Shown here: piece after piece, positions 1 through 12,200 of the stretch
Numbering within the stretch: the stretch's first letter is position 1
Layout of the letters: the number at the start of each line of letters is the position of its first letter
Assembly: GCF_000002075.1 (NCBI RefSeq)
Contig: NW_004797271.1
Coordinates: 438,672-502,671 of the forward strand
Direction: 5' to 3'
DNA length: 64,000 nucleotides
Origin: Aplysia californica
Lineage: Eukaryota
The notes under the pieces: model-generated
The model's database searches: none
Seen by the model: only the letters and a program-made list of their open reading frames with translations
Told to the model about the DNA's origin: nothing
Made by a program: the position numbers and the translations under genes

Positions 1-250
1 TGTTGTTACAATATTCTCTAATGCTTCTTTCCGCGTTGTGTGTCCGAAGAAATTTGCCTGTCGCTTTCTTATATTCGTCATAAGTTGTCTTCTATAATTT
101 GCTTCAACCAAGACTTCTTCATTTGTTTTTCTAGCTCTCCATGGGATAAGTAGCATGCGTCTTATGAACCACAACTCTGTCGCCAGTTGTTCTTTCCAGC
201 TGTTTATTGATTGTCCACGCTTCGCACTCGTATAATAGGATTGGCTCAAT
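1..250 (-). mobile_element. RTE-clade LINE ORF2 C-terminal fragment (degenerate)
   Basis: Minus strand reads IEPILLYECEAWTINKQLE..ELWFIRRMLLIPWRARKTNEEVLVEAN..NIRKRQANFFGH with one frameshift; typical post-RT region of RTE elements; runs off the window edge. Confidence 0.8.
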
Positions 251-649
251 AGGGGACACAATAGGGGAAGACAAAACGTTCGAAAAATCGAGGCTCAAGC
301 GGGTGATTTACGGCTCAAATCTACAATGAATTCTATTATCCCAGTAACTAGTGATAATCATGATGCCTCAATGCATAATTTCTGAAGAAATACGAGACGC
401 AATTGCTGTAGGAATTGATACTACTTAAAACATTGCAACATGAGAACAGTGCTCTATTATTGCTCGATGTGTTATAGCAACATCCAAGAGAGACCAGTGA
501 TTTTTTTAAATGCGAAGATACCGATACCACTGGCGAAGTTTTTGTGCAGTTTGTTTCTGAAGTAGCTGTGTTAGTTTTCTACTGCTAGATCAGCTACTAG
601 CTCCTTCTAACTGATGTCTTTCAGCCACACCCCTGATCTAATGGTAGGT

Positions 650-872
650 AAGATCTACACGTCCTGCCTTCTCGGATAAAGGGCGAAAAATCTCAGAGGT
701 ATCGAGAGCAAGTTGCGCACGTTAAAGATCCCTTTGTGGTCCAAAAATCGATAAGAGTAAGCTTCGGCCGCCACCCGGGAAAAATGCAAAATTTCCTACT
801 ACCAATTGAAAATGTTAAATGTGTCCTGCGCGCTCATATGACCGTATGCTGTTGCGAGCGCCGTAAAACACT
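650..872 (+). mobile_element. 5'-truncated SINE-like fragment
   Basis: Contains GCACGTTAAAGATCCC, a motif seen in SINE central domains, and ends in CTCATATGACCGTATGCTGTTGCGAGCGCCGTAAAAC, the same 3' tail as the abundant ~170-bp retroposon in this window. Confidence 0.45.
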
Positions 873-904
873 ATGGAGGAAAAAAAAGCTGTGTTAGAAC
901 TGAA

Positions 905-1125
905 TCTTGTCACCCTTGGACGTGCATGCGCATGCCTTGTGTGGCCAGAAGAAGCAACACATGCAGAGATTGAAACTCTCATTGAGGACAACTGCATAGG
1001 CTACTGGATGGAGTCGTAATCTTTACAGATGTTCCTGTTCACTCCAGTGTCAAGTCAGTTTGGGCTTTCACCGCTCAAGTTCATGGGCGGTGTGTAAGCT
1101 TACAAGAGGGATCGGGTGCAACAGC
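905..1125 (+). mobile_element. Non-LTR retrotransposon RNase H relic, N-terminal piece
   Basis: Translates with frameshifts as LVTLGRAC..WPEEATHAEIETLIEDNC..DGVVIFTD..VKSVWAFTAQVHG; resumes after the hAT insertion at ~4000-4070 as GVEAITDALRWI. Confidence 0.65.
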
Positions 1126-3991
1126 CAGGGGCAGCTCGTCCATAGAGCACGGTCGTGCACTGCCGCCCAAAATGTTTAATGCCCAAAGCACCCACAAAGA
1201 GACAATAAAATAACCTTTGACATGCACATAGATCCAATCTATTTCCAATACAAATTCCTCGCCAGAGCCTGAACGGTAATTACAACATCTACAACAACAC
1301 TACAACGTCTACTACACCATAGTAAGTCCTCGTGCTTCACCCAAGCAAAAAGTAGCACGTTCAGTTGTGGTAATCTGACTCGAAAAATGTTCTATGGGCA
1401 GACCCAAACAACGATGACGTTTCCGTGAGCTTCATAGTACATTAATATTAATAAGGCGGCACAATCTCAATGTGCACCAGCCGAACAAAGCCCACAGAGG
1501 AGGTCTAAAAATAACACGATCTCAGACAAGTTCACGACAGCTTATACAATTCTGTGCCCGTATTATGATAGCTTCGGAGCAATCCAGCGGAGTGCTCCCA
1601 ACGATGTGCGATTGGTCCATTGTCTTGCCATTTATATCTAGCCCCACCTCTGTGACCCTGAACTTGAGCGAGGTCAACTTGACGTATTCAGATCACTGTG
1701 TCAGAAGAACCTTAGGCCTACTTGGAATGGTGTTGATGTGAAAGTGTTATTACTTGACTGTGTAATTCCAATGCAGGAGGAATGAAGTTGATTTTTTACT
1801 GGCAAATAAATTCAGTTCTCTAACCCAAAGTGAAAAGAAAATAGTGAAAGAATCAGGTCCTCATCAACCAAAAGATATCAAAGTAATACAACCAACAAAA
1901 AGGTGCAATCGTGTTTTCAATACGGATCTTTTCGAAACAGTGGAATGGCTTACTGTCAGCGTTAGCAAACACTCACTGTACTGTTTCTACTGTCTGCTTT
2001 TTGGAACTGAGGACGCCAAGTGGTGTAAGACAGGTTTCACTGATCTTGTCCATGTGAAACAAAGCATTAGAAAACACGAATCATCAAAAGCGCACATCAA
2101 CAATGTCGTTAAGTATTACACTTTCGGAGTAGTAGACATAGCAGCGCAGCTAGACGTTGGTTATCGCATTGCAACGTCTCTCTACAACGAACGGGTGAGA
2201 AAGAACAGGTACGTATTGTGTAAGGTTATCGAGTGTATTTTGTTCTTTGGAACTCACGAGCTCGCCCCCGCGCGGTCACAAAGAAGGTGATTTGTCGGGG
2301 AACAGGGGTATCTTTCTTAATTTACTGCACAGAGACGCTAGTACTGACAGGATACTATTTGATCATCTGCAAACTGCTACTGTTGCAAAATATACTTCCA
2401 AAATAATACAAGAGGAATTGCTTGACTGTATTTTCAAAATATACCACGAAGAACTGATTAAGGACAGACGCTCTGCCAACTTTCTTTCTGTTCAGGCTGA
2501 CGAAGCAACTGATGCAGGTCATTTGTCACAGTTTGTGATCATTCTGAGGTATGTTAAGGAAGGAAAACCGGTAGAGCGGTTTCTAAAGTTTTTTTAAAAG
2601 TCAAAGACAGAACTTCGTCAGGACTCGTTTCAACCCTTAAAAAAGCTTTAGAACCATTCAGCGTCGAGGAGAAGCGGATCTCCCAAACCTACGATGGGGC
2701 AGCTGTAATGAGCGGGAGAGTCTCTGGTGTACAGACTCAGATGCGCCATTTTTTTCCCTAACGCTGTCTTCGTTCATTGCCATGCGCATCAGTTGAATTT
2801 TAATTTAAAGCAGGCTTGTTCTGGCATATCAGACTGCAGGATATTTTTCGCTAATGCTACAGGCTTTTCGACATTTTTTGCCCACTCTACAAAACGCATT
2901 GACGTTCTCAGACGCGTTTGTCATCGGAATATTCCACGGCCGTCTGAGACAAGGTGGAATTTTCAGTCTCGACTCATTAACACAATCTTCACTTGGAAAG
3001 GAGACCTGCAACTCTGTCTTGAAGAAATTCAGTCTCAGCACTGGGACGACAACACCACCCACGAAGCCTGTGGTCTTTTGAATGTATTAAAGGGCGATAC
3101 ATTTCTCTTCTTTTTGCACTTTTTCAACAAAGTGTTCACGCACGTTGACGTTGTGTATGGGATCCTCCAACACAGAAGTACAACGCCCATAGCAGCCCAA
3201 CAAGCTTTAGAAACGTTTAAAGCCGCCATCGAGGAAATTAGAAACAGTATAAGTGTTCCATCAACAAGTCAGACCACTGAAGAAGGCGCTTCTGAGAGAC
3301 GCAGACGTCATAACACAAACGAAAGTGCTGCAGTGGAGGCCTATGACATAATAGTTACTCAAGTTGTTGACCGTTTCTCAGAACAAAATAAGATCAATAC
3401 ACTATCAATCGTCGACCCCTCCAAATTCCAGGACTATCAAAAGTCGTTTCCTACAGTTCTTTTGGATCATATATCAGAATGCTACTATGTTTTACACAAA
3501 ATCAAGTTGCAAGCAGAATTAGAAATATTATATTGCAATGAAACCTTTAAGTCTGCTCAGTGTCGTACAATTCAGGGCCTTTATTCAACTCTGAAGGACT
3601 ACAAACTCGACACAACCTTTAGAGAAGTATGAAAAATCCTTGAGGTCGCACTGACGACACCATCTACGTCTGTAGAGAGGCTAAACGAAGCTTCAGTACA
3701 CTGAAACGAATAAAGACATTCTCCCGTTCTACAATGGGACAAGAGAGACTGAATGCTCTTACATTTATGTCCATCCACAAGGACATCATTGACAGTATCC
3801 CCAACTTCGTCAACAGAATAATGGAGTCCTTTGCTGAGGCCAAAGAACGACGGGTAGACTTCTTCTTCAAGTAGATATTCTCCAAACAGGTAGGATGAAG
3901 AATACATCTCATTTTCCATGCCCTTGACTATCTTCAACCTGCTTTAAGTTAAATGTGCACGCCCACTTTTTAGACCCACGAGCCGCCCCTG
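1126..3991 (+). mobile_element. hAT-superfamily DNA transposon, full length, decayed
   Basis: 14-bp TIRs CAGGGGCAGCTCGT (1126) and ACGAGCCGCCCCTG (ends 3991), 13/14 match; 8-bp TSD GCAACAGC (1118-1125) / GCCACAGC (3992-3999); encloses transposase remnants. Confidence 0.93.
1771..3874 (+). pseudogene. hAT transposase pseudogene (ZMYM1-like: TTF zinc finger, DUF4371 region, hATC dimerisation domain)
   Basis: ORF pieces 1844-2290, 2247-2597, 2727-3632 plus interrupted segments: LYCFYCLLF (TTF finger), QADEATD, QTYDGAAVMSG, VHCHAHQLN, ETRW, and ..RSFSTLKRIKT..STMGQERLNAL..; several frameshifts and stops. Confidence 0.9.
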
Positions 3992-4136
3992 GCCACAGCG
4001 TACAGCACTACTGTCTTCTAGAATGTCCCTGGGAGTCGAAGCTATCACAGATGCCCTTAGGTGGATACTAAATTACTAAATACCAAAAATTGGACCCTGC
4101 TGAAGAGGGGACGAGCAATTATAGACAGAATCCGTC

Positions 4137-4780
4137 TGTGAGGCATCGTGATGAAATCAGGCGCTCGTCAAAATAATGAAATCCGAGAAATCGGCATATT
4201 TTAGCCTGTCTGGATTTTTTTATTTTTTTATTTTTTGGCTTAACACCTTGTATGTCCATTCCTAAATACTTTTGGTGGTTGGTTGGCGGATGCTTTGGTG
4301 TAGTTTGCTTCTTCTTTCCTATCAATCATATCGTCCTTATCTCCCCTTCTTCTTTTTTTTATGTATGTTACTCTCTTGCAACACCTTTAATCTTCTGGCG
4401 CTCATAATAATGACCGTATGCAGTTGCGAGCGTCGTAAACTAAAACCTCTACTATAACAAAAACTAAAAACACTTACTTTTATGTGCGGATTTAAGTGGA
4501 AAAATGTTGATTAAAGGCACAAAAAATGTAAATTTGCAGTTTCCAGGGACTCTTAGGCTATGGAAGTCACCAAATTTTGGCGGCCATTTTCTCGCTAATT
4601 TTACTTCTGAAACCATGCGACCCCACCTCCTTCAATCGCTAATATCTCGACTTCTATTCAAGATAAATGGATATTTTTTTTCATCCATAGAAGGCAACAT
4701 TAATTAGGATGACGTCAAGAGCTCCATATGCTTTTTAAAAAAATTGACGAGCGCCTGATTCCACTATGTCGTGATACATA
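4137..4780. mobile_element. MITE, family A
   Basis: ~35-bp imperfect TIRs TGTGAGGCA..GAATCAGGCGCTCGTCAA; related copies at 9938 (partial), 19447-19853, 43298-43724 and 47897-49369; this copy carries the 170-bp retroposon at ~4272-4450. Confidence 0.75.
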
Positions 4781-4782
4781 TA

Positions 4783-5004
4783 CAATCAGCCTGTCACAAT
4801 TCTGACTGATTTAATGAGCGTACTTGAGAAAGTGAAACGTGCAGGTTTTCGTATGCTGGCGGACTGGTTCAGCGAAATCAATGGGAGAAATCAGAAGATG
4901 ATCACCTGGATGTTATCTGTCCTGGGCAAGCAGCTGTGAGAGGGAATGAGCGAGCGGATCAACTGCCAGGCTGCACTGGAATAGAGGGATCGCTCACACT
5001 TGAC
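4783..5004 (+). mobile_element. Non-LTR retrotransposon RNase H relic, C-terminal piece
   Basis: QPVTILTDLMSVLEKVK..ADWFSEING..ITW..CPGQAAVRGNERADQL, matching the RNase H C-terminal motif WxPxHxGxxGNExAD. Confidence 0.75.
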
Positions 5005-5009
5005 ATATG

Positions 5010-5020
5010 AATAGATAGAC

Positions 5021-5079
<59 letters not shown>

Positions 5080-5114
5080 ATGACAGACAGAATGACAGAC
5101 AGACAGATGGATTT

Positions 5115-5195
<81 letters not shown>

Positions 5196-5200
5196 CAGAC
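5010..5200. repeat. (GACA)n/(GATA)n microsatellite
   Basis: Direct reading. Confidence 0.95.
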
Positions 5201-6564
5201 TCACTCAGTCGTTACTCACGTTTTCTCTATCTCCTCTCTTTTCTTCTTTTCTCTCTCCTTCCTTTCGATTACTAGTGACTGCGCTCGCACGTGACCTTCT
5301 GGCAAGCAAGGGGGAAGACAGCTCCTACAATGTAGAAACTGAAAAGAATAATAATATAGCCAGGGCAGAGGAAGTTCAGCAGTCTCCGCGGATGAATCAG
5401 CAATCAGTTACTGATGGAGCCCATCGGTATTGTATTAGTAAGAACACCTAAAGTTGGACGCTGCTGGAGAGGGAAGAGGAATTAGGGAGAGAATCCATAT
5501 GTGAAGACCCCAGTTCTGGAATCAAGTACGTGCGGTACCTTTACTTTAAGTTTATTAAGTAGGCTGAAGCTACTGGGTTGCAAGGGACGTGTTGACCTCG
5601 GTAATTAATTAATTGCTGCTGTCAATCTGAGTCTATCAAGAGCCAAGCTCTCCCAAAAGTCAACTATTACATTTTTTCATTTCAAAGGATTGTGATAAGA
5701 GTCAGCTGTTCTACATAAATCTATTATTTGTACAATACAAATAATACTGTATAGACGCGCTTTAAAAAAAACCCTCCGGTCACGTTACTTAGGCTTTGAG
5801 GCTTGAGGACAGTCTCTTTGGTTTCTCAACGAGAGGAGTGATCCATAGCCTAATGTATACAGTAGACAGCAGTACAAAATCTACAATCATCATCGTCTTC
5901 TCTGTCAGAAAAAACTACCTGTGTCCAGGTTGGCATGTTCTCCGATAACTTCAGCAAACTTTAATTTTACTAGGAGGACTTGAAATACTGCAATATTATT
6001 CTAGAATATTTTCAACAGACAGATTCCTACTTCATAAATGTCATATGAGCTAAAAAGAACATTACAATGTGCTAAAAACAACATTACTATTGCTTTATTT
6101 GTTTTCTTTTTTAACACAGAATCTACATCAATCATCGTGATTAGAAAAACATAATACTGGCACTTTGTTTTCTCGAAAAAAAAATGTGGGAGTAGATTAC
6201 TCCGTCTGTGTCTTCCTTTCTCGATTGTTGTTGCACTGTAGGCTAGATAAATTTCTCTCGGCCTACTCAAGATTTCTAATGTAATCTCAGGTCAGGTGAC
6301 TGACTGCTCGACATACCGTGATCGGTAACAGCAGGTTTTCTCCATTGACGTGTAAATTTGGATGTAGCTAATATCAAAGGCTACACTTACGTTTGTTCGA
6401 GTTTAGAGTGTCGAGAGAACAAGAGGAAGACTGCAAGTAGTTCACCACTGTCCGTTCTGCTGGTGGCCAGAGATTTGTTTACAAAATTACAATCGGTTGT
6501 TTCCAGTCTCGCTGTCCGTTAAACTGGAACTTTGTCAGCTCTGTATGTAAAGAAAGTCAACAAG

Positions 6565-6683
6565 ATGTCTGGTCAAGGGGAAACGCCTCTGAATATGGAA
6601 CATAGAGATGCAGTAACAAGAGGCCTAGTGGACCTGTTGAAACCTGCTGTTGATGAAATTGATGACCGAGTCAAGAGTGTCAG
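6565..6683 (+). CDS. SNAPIN: SNAPIN coding exon 1
   Basis: ATG at 6565; donor AG|GTTGG. Confidence 0.9.
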
Positions 6684-8023
6684 GTTGGCTTAAATTTTTT
6701 GGCGCTTTTTCGGTAGTTCCCACCCCGCAATTTTTATTCTAGAATCTAGATCTAGATTTAGGCTCAAATGGGGGGTGGGAACTACCGAAAAAGCACCAAT
6801 TTTTATGCTTCTTTGTCATTTGTTTACTATTTTGGCCAGTAGCGTCAATTGCCACCAAGTGACGTGGTGACAATTGACTTTATTGACACTGATGTCAATT
6901 GCCACACAGTGAAGCGGTGTCAAGTCTGAAAACAACGCTTTATCTTTAGTCTTTAGCTTTCTATATGTATTACGAACACATGGATAAGTTAAACGAAGTG
7001 GCTAGCCGTACTTAAGTACGGCTAAACTGCCAGTCTAGCCGTACTTAGATCTAGGTTTGGCCCAATCGACTCAAGCCTGTTAAGTACACAGGTCTCATTA
7101 GATCTAGATCTAGATCTAGGTATAGTAATTATTCAGGTTCAAATACATGCAAGTCAGTAAGGCACCTTTTTGTTTTGTCTGAAATACAAATACTTTAGGT
7201 ACTGCACACTAAAAATTTCATTTACAATTCAGCCATCAATATTAAGTACGGCTAGCCTGACAGTCTAGCCATCCTTAAGTGCGGCTAGACTGGCTGTCTA
7301 CCCGTACTTAAGTACGGCTCGACAAGAAGTCTAGCCGTACTTAAGACTGCCAGTCTAGCCGTACTTATCTTAGGCCCTATTAACATTAGAAAACAGGAGG
7401 TTTAAAATACATGCACTGTCATTAAGGCACCTGGTTTCGTCTCAAATACAAATACTTTAGGTACTGCACACTAAAAATGTATATTTACAATTCAGTAGGC
7501 CTGTTTTTTGTAAATGGTCAGTCTAGCCATCATATTTTAAAGAATAAGTACGGCTAGACTGTGAGTCTAGCCGTACTTAAGTACGGCTAGCCTCTTCCTA
7601 AGTTAAATCTAGATTCAACCCCCTCTCTTACGTTGATAAGTTATAATAATAATTTATAATAATTGCATTTATATAGGGCATATCCATGCTCAAGAGCGTG
7701 CTCTATGCGCTTTGCAACTATTAGCATATGACGCCAAGAGCTCCATATGCTTTAAAAAAAATTGACGAGCGCCTGATTCCACTGTGTCGTGATACATATA
7801 TATACAATCAGCCTGTCACAATTCTGACTGACTTTATGAGCGTACTTGAGAAAGTGAAACGTGCAGGTTTTCCTATGCTGGCGGACTGGCTCAGCGAAAT
7901 CAATTGGAGCAATCAGAAGATGATCACCTGGATGTTATCTGTCCTGGGCAAGCAGCTGTGAGAGGGAATGAGAGAGCGGATCAACTGCCAGGCTGCGCTG
8001 GAATAGAGGGATCGCTCACACTT

Positions 8024-8078
<55 letters not shown>

Positions 8079-9159
8079 TCTCTATCTCCTCTCTTCTCTT
8101 CTTTTCTCTTTCCTTCCTTTCGATAACTAGTGACTGCGCTCGCACGTGACTTTCTGGCAAGCAAGGGGGAAGACAGCTCCTACAATGTAGAAACTGAAAA
8201 GAATAATAATATAGCCAGGGCAGGGGAAGTTCAGCAGTCTCCGCGGATGAATCAGCAATCAGTTGCTGATGGAGCCCATCGGTATTGTATTAGTAAGAAC
8301 ACCTAAAGTTATAAAACGAGTAGTTACACACATTCTGGGGTTCGAAAGGAAAATAGTAGGCCTATAGATCTAGAATCTAGGTCAATTTTCATATCGAAGT
8401 GACTATTTCTCCGAACGTTCAGAGAAATAGTGCCGATCTTTATTTCTCCGAAAGGTTTCCGGCTTACGGTCTCGTGATTTTTGGCCTATTTATTGCGAGA
8501 GTTCGGCGCCAACTTTCATTCTGCCTCTGGTCTGGGAAGGAACACCGCATGGCAAGCCCGCCTACAGACAACCTTCAGTAACACCCACCACCATCATGCA
8601 CATGTACACACACTAACTAAACATGACCAGTGGGCAACTTTTGAACGTATGACGAGCTGAGCTGTGGATGGAGAGACAGTGTGAGTGAAACAGCTGGTGA
8701 AAGGAAGAATGTGCGAGTGTATCCACAGGCGACAGCAACTACAAGACGACGACATGCACACCGACCCCCCTGGCCTGGTCCACAGCTCAGGAACGAAAGG
8801 AATGCAGCTCAGGCAGTGTTTTGCCTATATTATTGTCCATGGTTCGCAGGGTGCAAGGGAATGAGTGAGATTTTCTTTGTGTGTGCCTGGAGGGAGGGGG
8901 TGGGGTATGAAAGTCATGCGGACGGGGATGAGCCGCGGGAGAGAACAGGGGAATTAAATGAATGAGAAACTGAAAGAGACGAACGACTCATGAGCCATGG
9001 AGTGAATGGATCCTGTGTTTCTATTTTTGTATACTTTGAACTGTTACTGAATAAAGGCTGAAATAAAGCCCGAAAAACAAACACACACACACACTCCTCA
9101 CTCCCCACTTACAACCACACATAGACACACTCATACACGCACATACATACACACACACA

Positions 9160-9213
<54 letters not shown>

Positions 9214-12200
9214 AGCAAATTTTTGGGTCTATATATATATCTATTTCAATTTTCAAGAGCTAGTCTAGAGATTTTTAGATGAGTGTAAAAACGTGAAAAA
9301 GAAAGGTTTCACAACAGAAAGAAATCAAAATTAGAACAGCCCATAAACAACAACAAACATTAACAAATAAGGGCGTGTGTCCACCTGTCCGAAGAAGATT
9401 GGCTGTTTTAACCCTAAATGTGCGTAATTTTTTTTTTTTTAAGTACAGGATATTACATGTAAATTATAGAATCACACACATTAAGGGGCTTGCCAGTGTC
9501 AGTACATTGGTCGCAGCAGTGACAAACGCAGATGCCAGTTCTATGTGTCGTTATCAATAACCCTCCATAGATCTAGATCTAGATCTAGACAGCACACGAG
9601 TGAACACAACACATTACGTTTAAGAGCAGCACCCTTCATAGGCAACACGTCATATCTGTAGCAAAAAACTGTTTGGAGTTGTAGCATTTCTTTATATAAA
9701 TATTTACTGCGGACATTTTTTGGACCGATTGAACCATATTGTATACGAACAATCTTTGGTAGGCCTATACTATAATTATAGATCTTTATAATATCCTAAA
9801 TTTGCGGGAAAGGATGAGATTTCAGAGTGTTCGGAGAAATAATGCCCAGCTTTATTTTCCTGAACGTTCGGAGAAATAGTGCCCAGCTTTATTTTCCCGA
9901 ACGTTCGGAGAAATAGTGCCGGCCTTTTCATATATATATGTGAGGCAGCGTGGTGGAATCAGGCTCTCGTCAAAATAATCAAGGTGAAGAAACTTGCATT
10001 TTTCTGCAGGTTTATGAATTTTTAGCAAATTTTTATTTTTGGGCTCAACACGTTTCATAACCCTCACCCTGCGGGAGCCGGGTTTATGTCGCCCGATAAG
10101 CGTATTTCGGCACCTCAACTACGTTCTGGTCCTGATTAGTGTAGCTCCTGGCTCAGCGCACGTGCAGCGCGCATCCTCTTACGTGTCATTCGGGTCCCGA
10201 GTCAGATCCCCATTCACGCAGGTCAAGTGTGTGTGCGTCAGTCTGCTTGAGTTTGTGTACGTTTGTGGCCTTCTTCTAGAACCGCCTGCATTGGTTCGTA
10301 ATCGAGGCATACGTCTCATTCAAAACATGTCAAGTTGGTAGCTCTAGATGTTCGTCCAAAGAAATTATAGAAGAAATTGACCCACTTAGACATGAGGAGC
10401 GCGAAAGGATAGTCAGGAAACTAGATTTCCATTTTTCTATACAAAATATTTCAAATGAGCTTGATTTTGTATTAAAAACATACTACCTGATAAAAAATAA
10501 GCTTGTTTGATAGTTTTGAATACCATTGTGCAGGTACAAAGAACAATTTGAGTGTAAAACATTCGGAAATTGGCCTAAATTATTTCACGTAAGATGATGC
10601 GCGGTGCGCGTGCTCTGAGCCAGGGGTTAGACTGACTCGGGACCAGAACGTAGGCGAGGTGCCGAATAGCAGCATGAAGGCATGTTATTTGAAGTACCGG
10701 TATTGTTACCATGTGTGTCGGTGTGATTCCTCTTCAACAGAGGTTACACACCAAGCAACAGCCTGCCCGTATTCTGGAAAGTTAGGTCGAGGAGAAGGTG
10801 TAGTTGAAAGAAGACCATGGTAGAGCAAAGGCACCGGAAAGGCTTCCCGATCAAGGAAAAACAGCTGATTCTCATAGAGGTGGATGACTAAAAACCAAAA
10901 TCTGTAAATCCATGCAACTATGAATTCAACACTCATGTTGGTGTGGTTTTGGGGCATAATTTATGTAGTAACAGTATGACCCATCCCAATTTAATTATCC
11001 TAGAACTCTTTAATATAACCTGAAATTCGTACAATGCAAAATTAGGACTAATGAACTAATGAAATGATTTCTGCACCAGCCTTAAAAACACTTGCCAAAA
11101 GAAACACACAAAAAACCCCAAGTTATTAGTAATATTACTTGTATATTTATCAGAGATAAAGTTAGATTAGTGAAAAGTTGTTGACTGAATAGGCCCTTTA
11201 TGAAAGTGATCTGATAAAGAGTCAGAGCTGTATGGATTGATATTTGTATGTGTGGGTGAAAGTGTTCCTAAAATTGCTGAAAAAGATTTTTCTTCTGCTG
11301 CTCCCTTTCACATTTCAGTTCGTACTGGCTCTTGAAGCCTGCTAATATTTTTTTAGTGCAATGGTTTGTTGGGTTGTTGTTGTTTTTTTGTTTGTTTGTT
11401 TGTTTGTTAGTTAAATGTAGAGTCAGACAAATTTAGATAGTTTTTAACTTTGTTTAGGATCCCGACAGTCACTTTGTTTAAGAAGCAAGGCAATGGGGAC
11501 AGAAATAGCTTTTGGGTTGGGGTGTAAAAAAAGATGATAAGTTGTGGTCTTCACTTTTCAATAAGTTATGGTCTTCACTTTTCAATAAGTTATGGTCTTC
11601 ACTTTTCAATAAGTTATGGTCTTCACTTTTCAATAAGTTATGGATTTCCATTCACTGAGTGATTTTTTCCCTTCTCCTCAGGCAAAGCCAAGTGGAGCTA
11701 AGACAGCAGATTGACAGTCTGTGTGATGGTAAGCGACAAGTTGATAATATTTAACTCTGCTTTGATACAGGGGAGCTGGGACACAGTGAAAGCTCGGATT
11801 TACAGAAAGGAGGATTCCTCATTTGTTTAATTTATAGAATTAACAACTTTATTATACTCCACTATACCAGTAATTTGTAATTTTTTTCATTTTCTTGATT
11901 TTAGAACTTTCAAATGATGGTATGGATTGATAGTAGTCAAATATTTGTGTGAGCTGAAGGAAGTATGGAAAATAGTCTTGACTTGTTTGTTTTTTTATGC
12001 TTCTCGGATAATAGGTGTCGCTGCTTGTCATGCCATAGGTTTCTGGGTCAATTTATTATGAAATGATAAGCCTGTTCATTTTTAGAAGTTGAAACATCCA
12101 GTGTTTGTGTCTCTGTTTACCGACTGCTGTTTTACTTTTCCAGATTTGAAAAAAATTGCAGAAAGTGACCCAGTACCCATGGAATTGGAGCCGTACGTGA

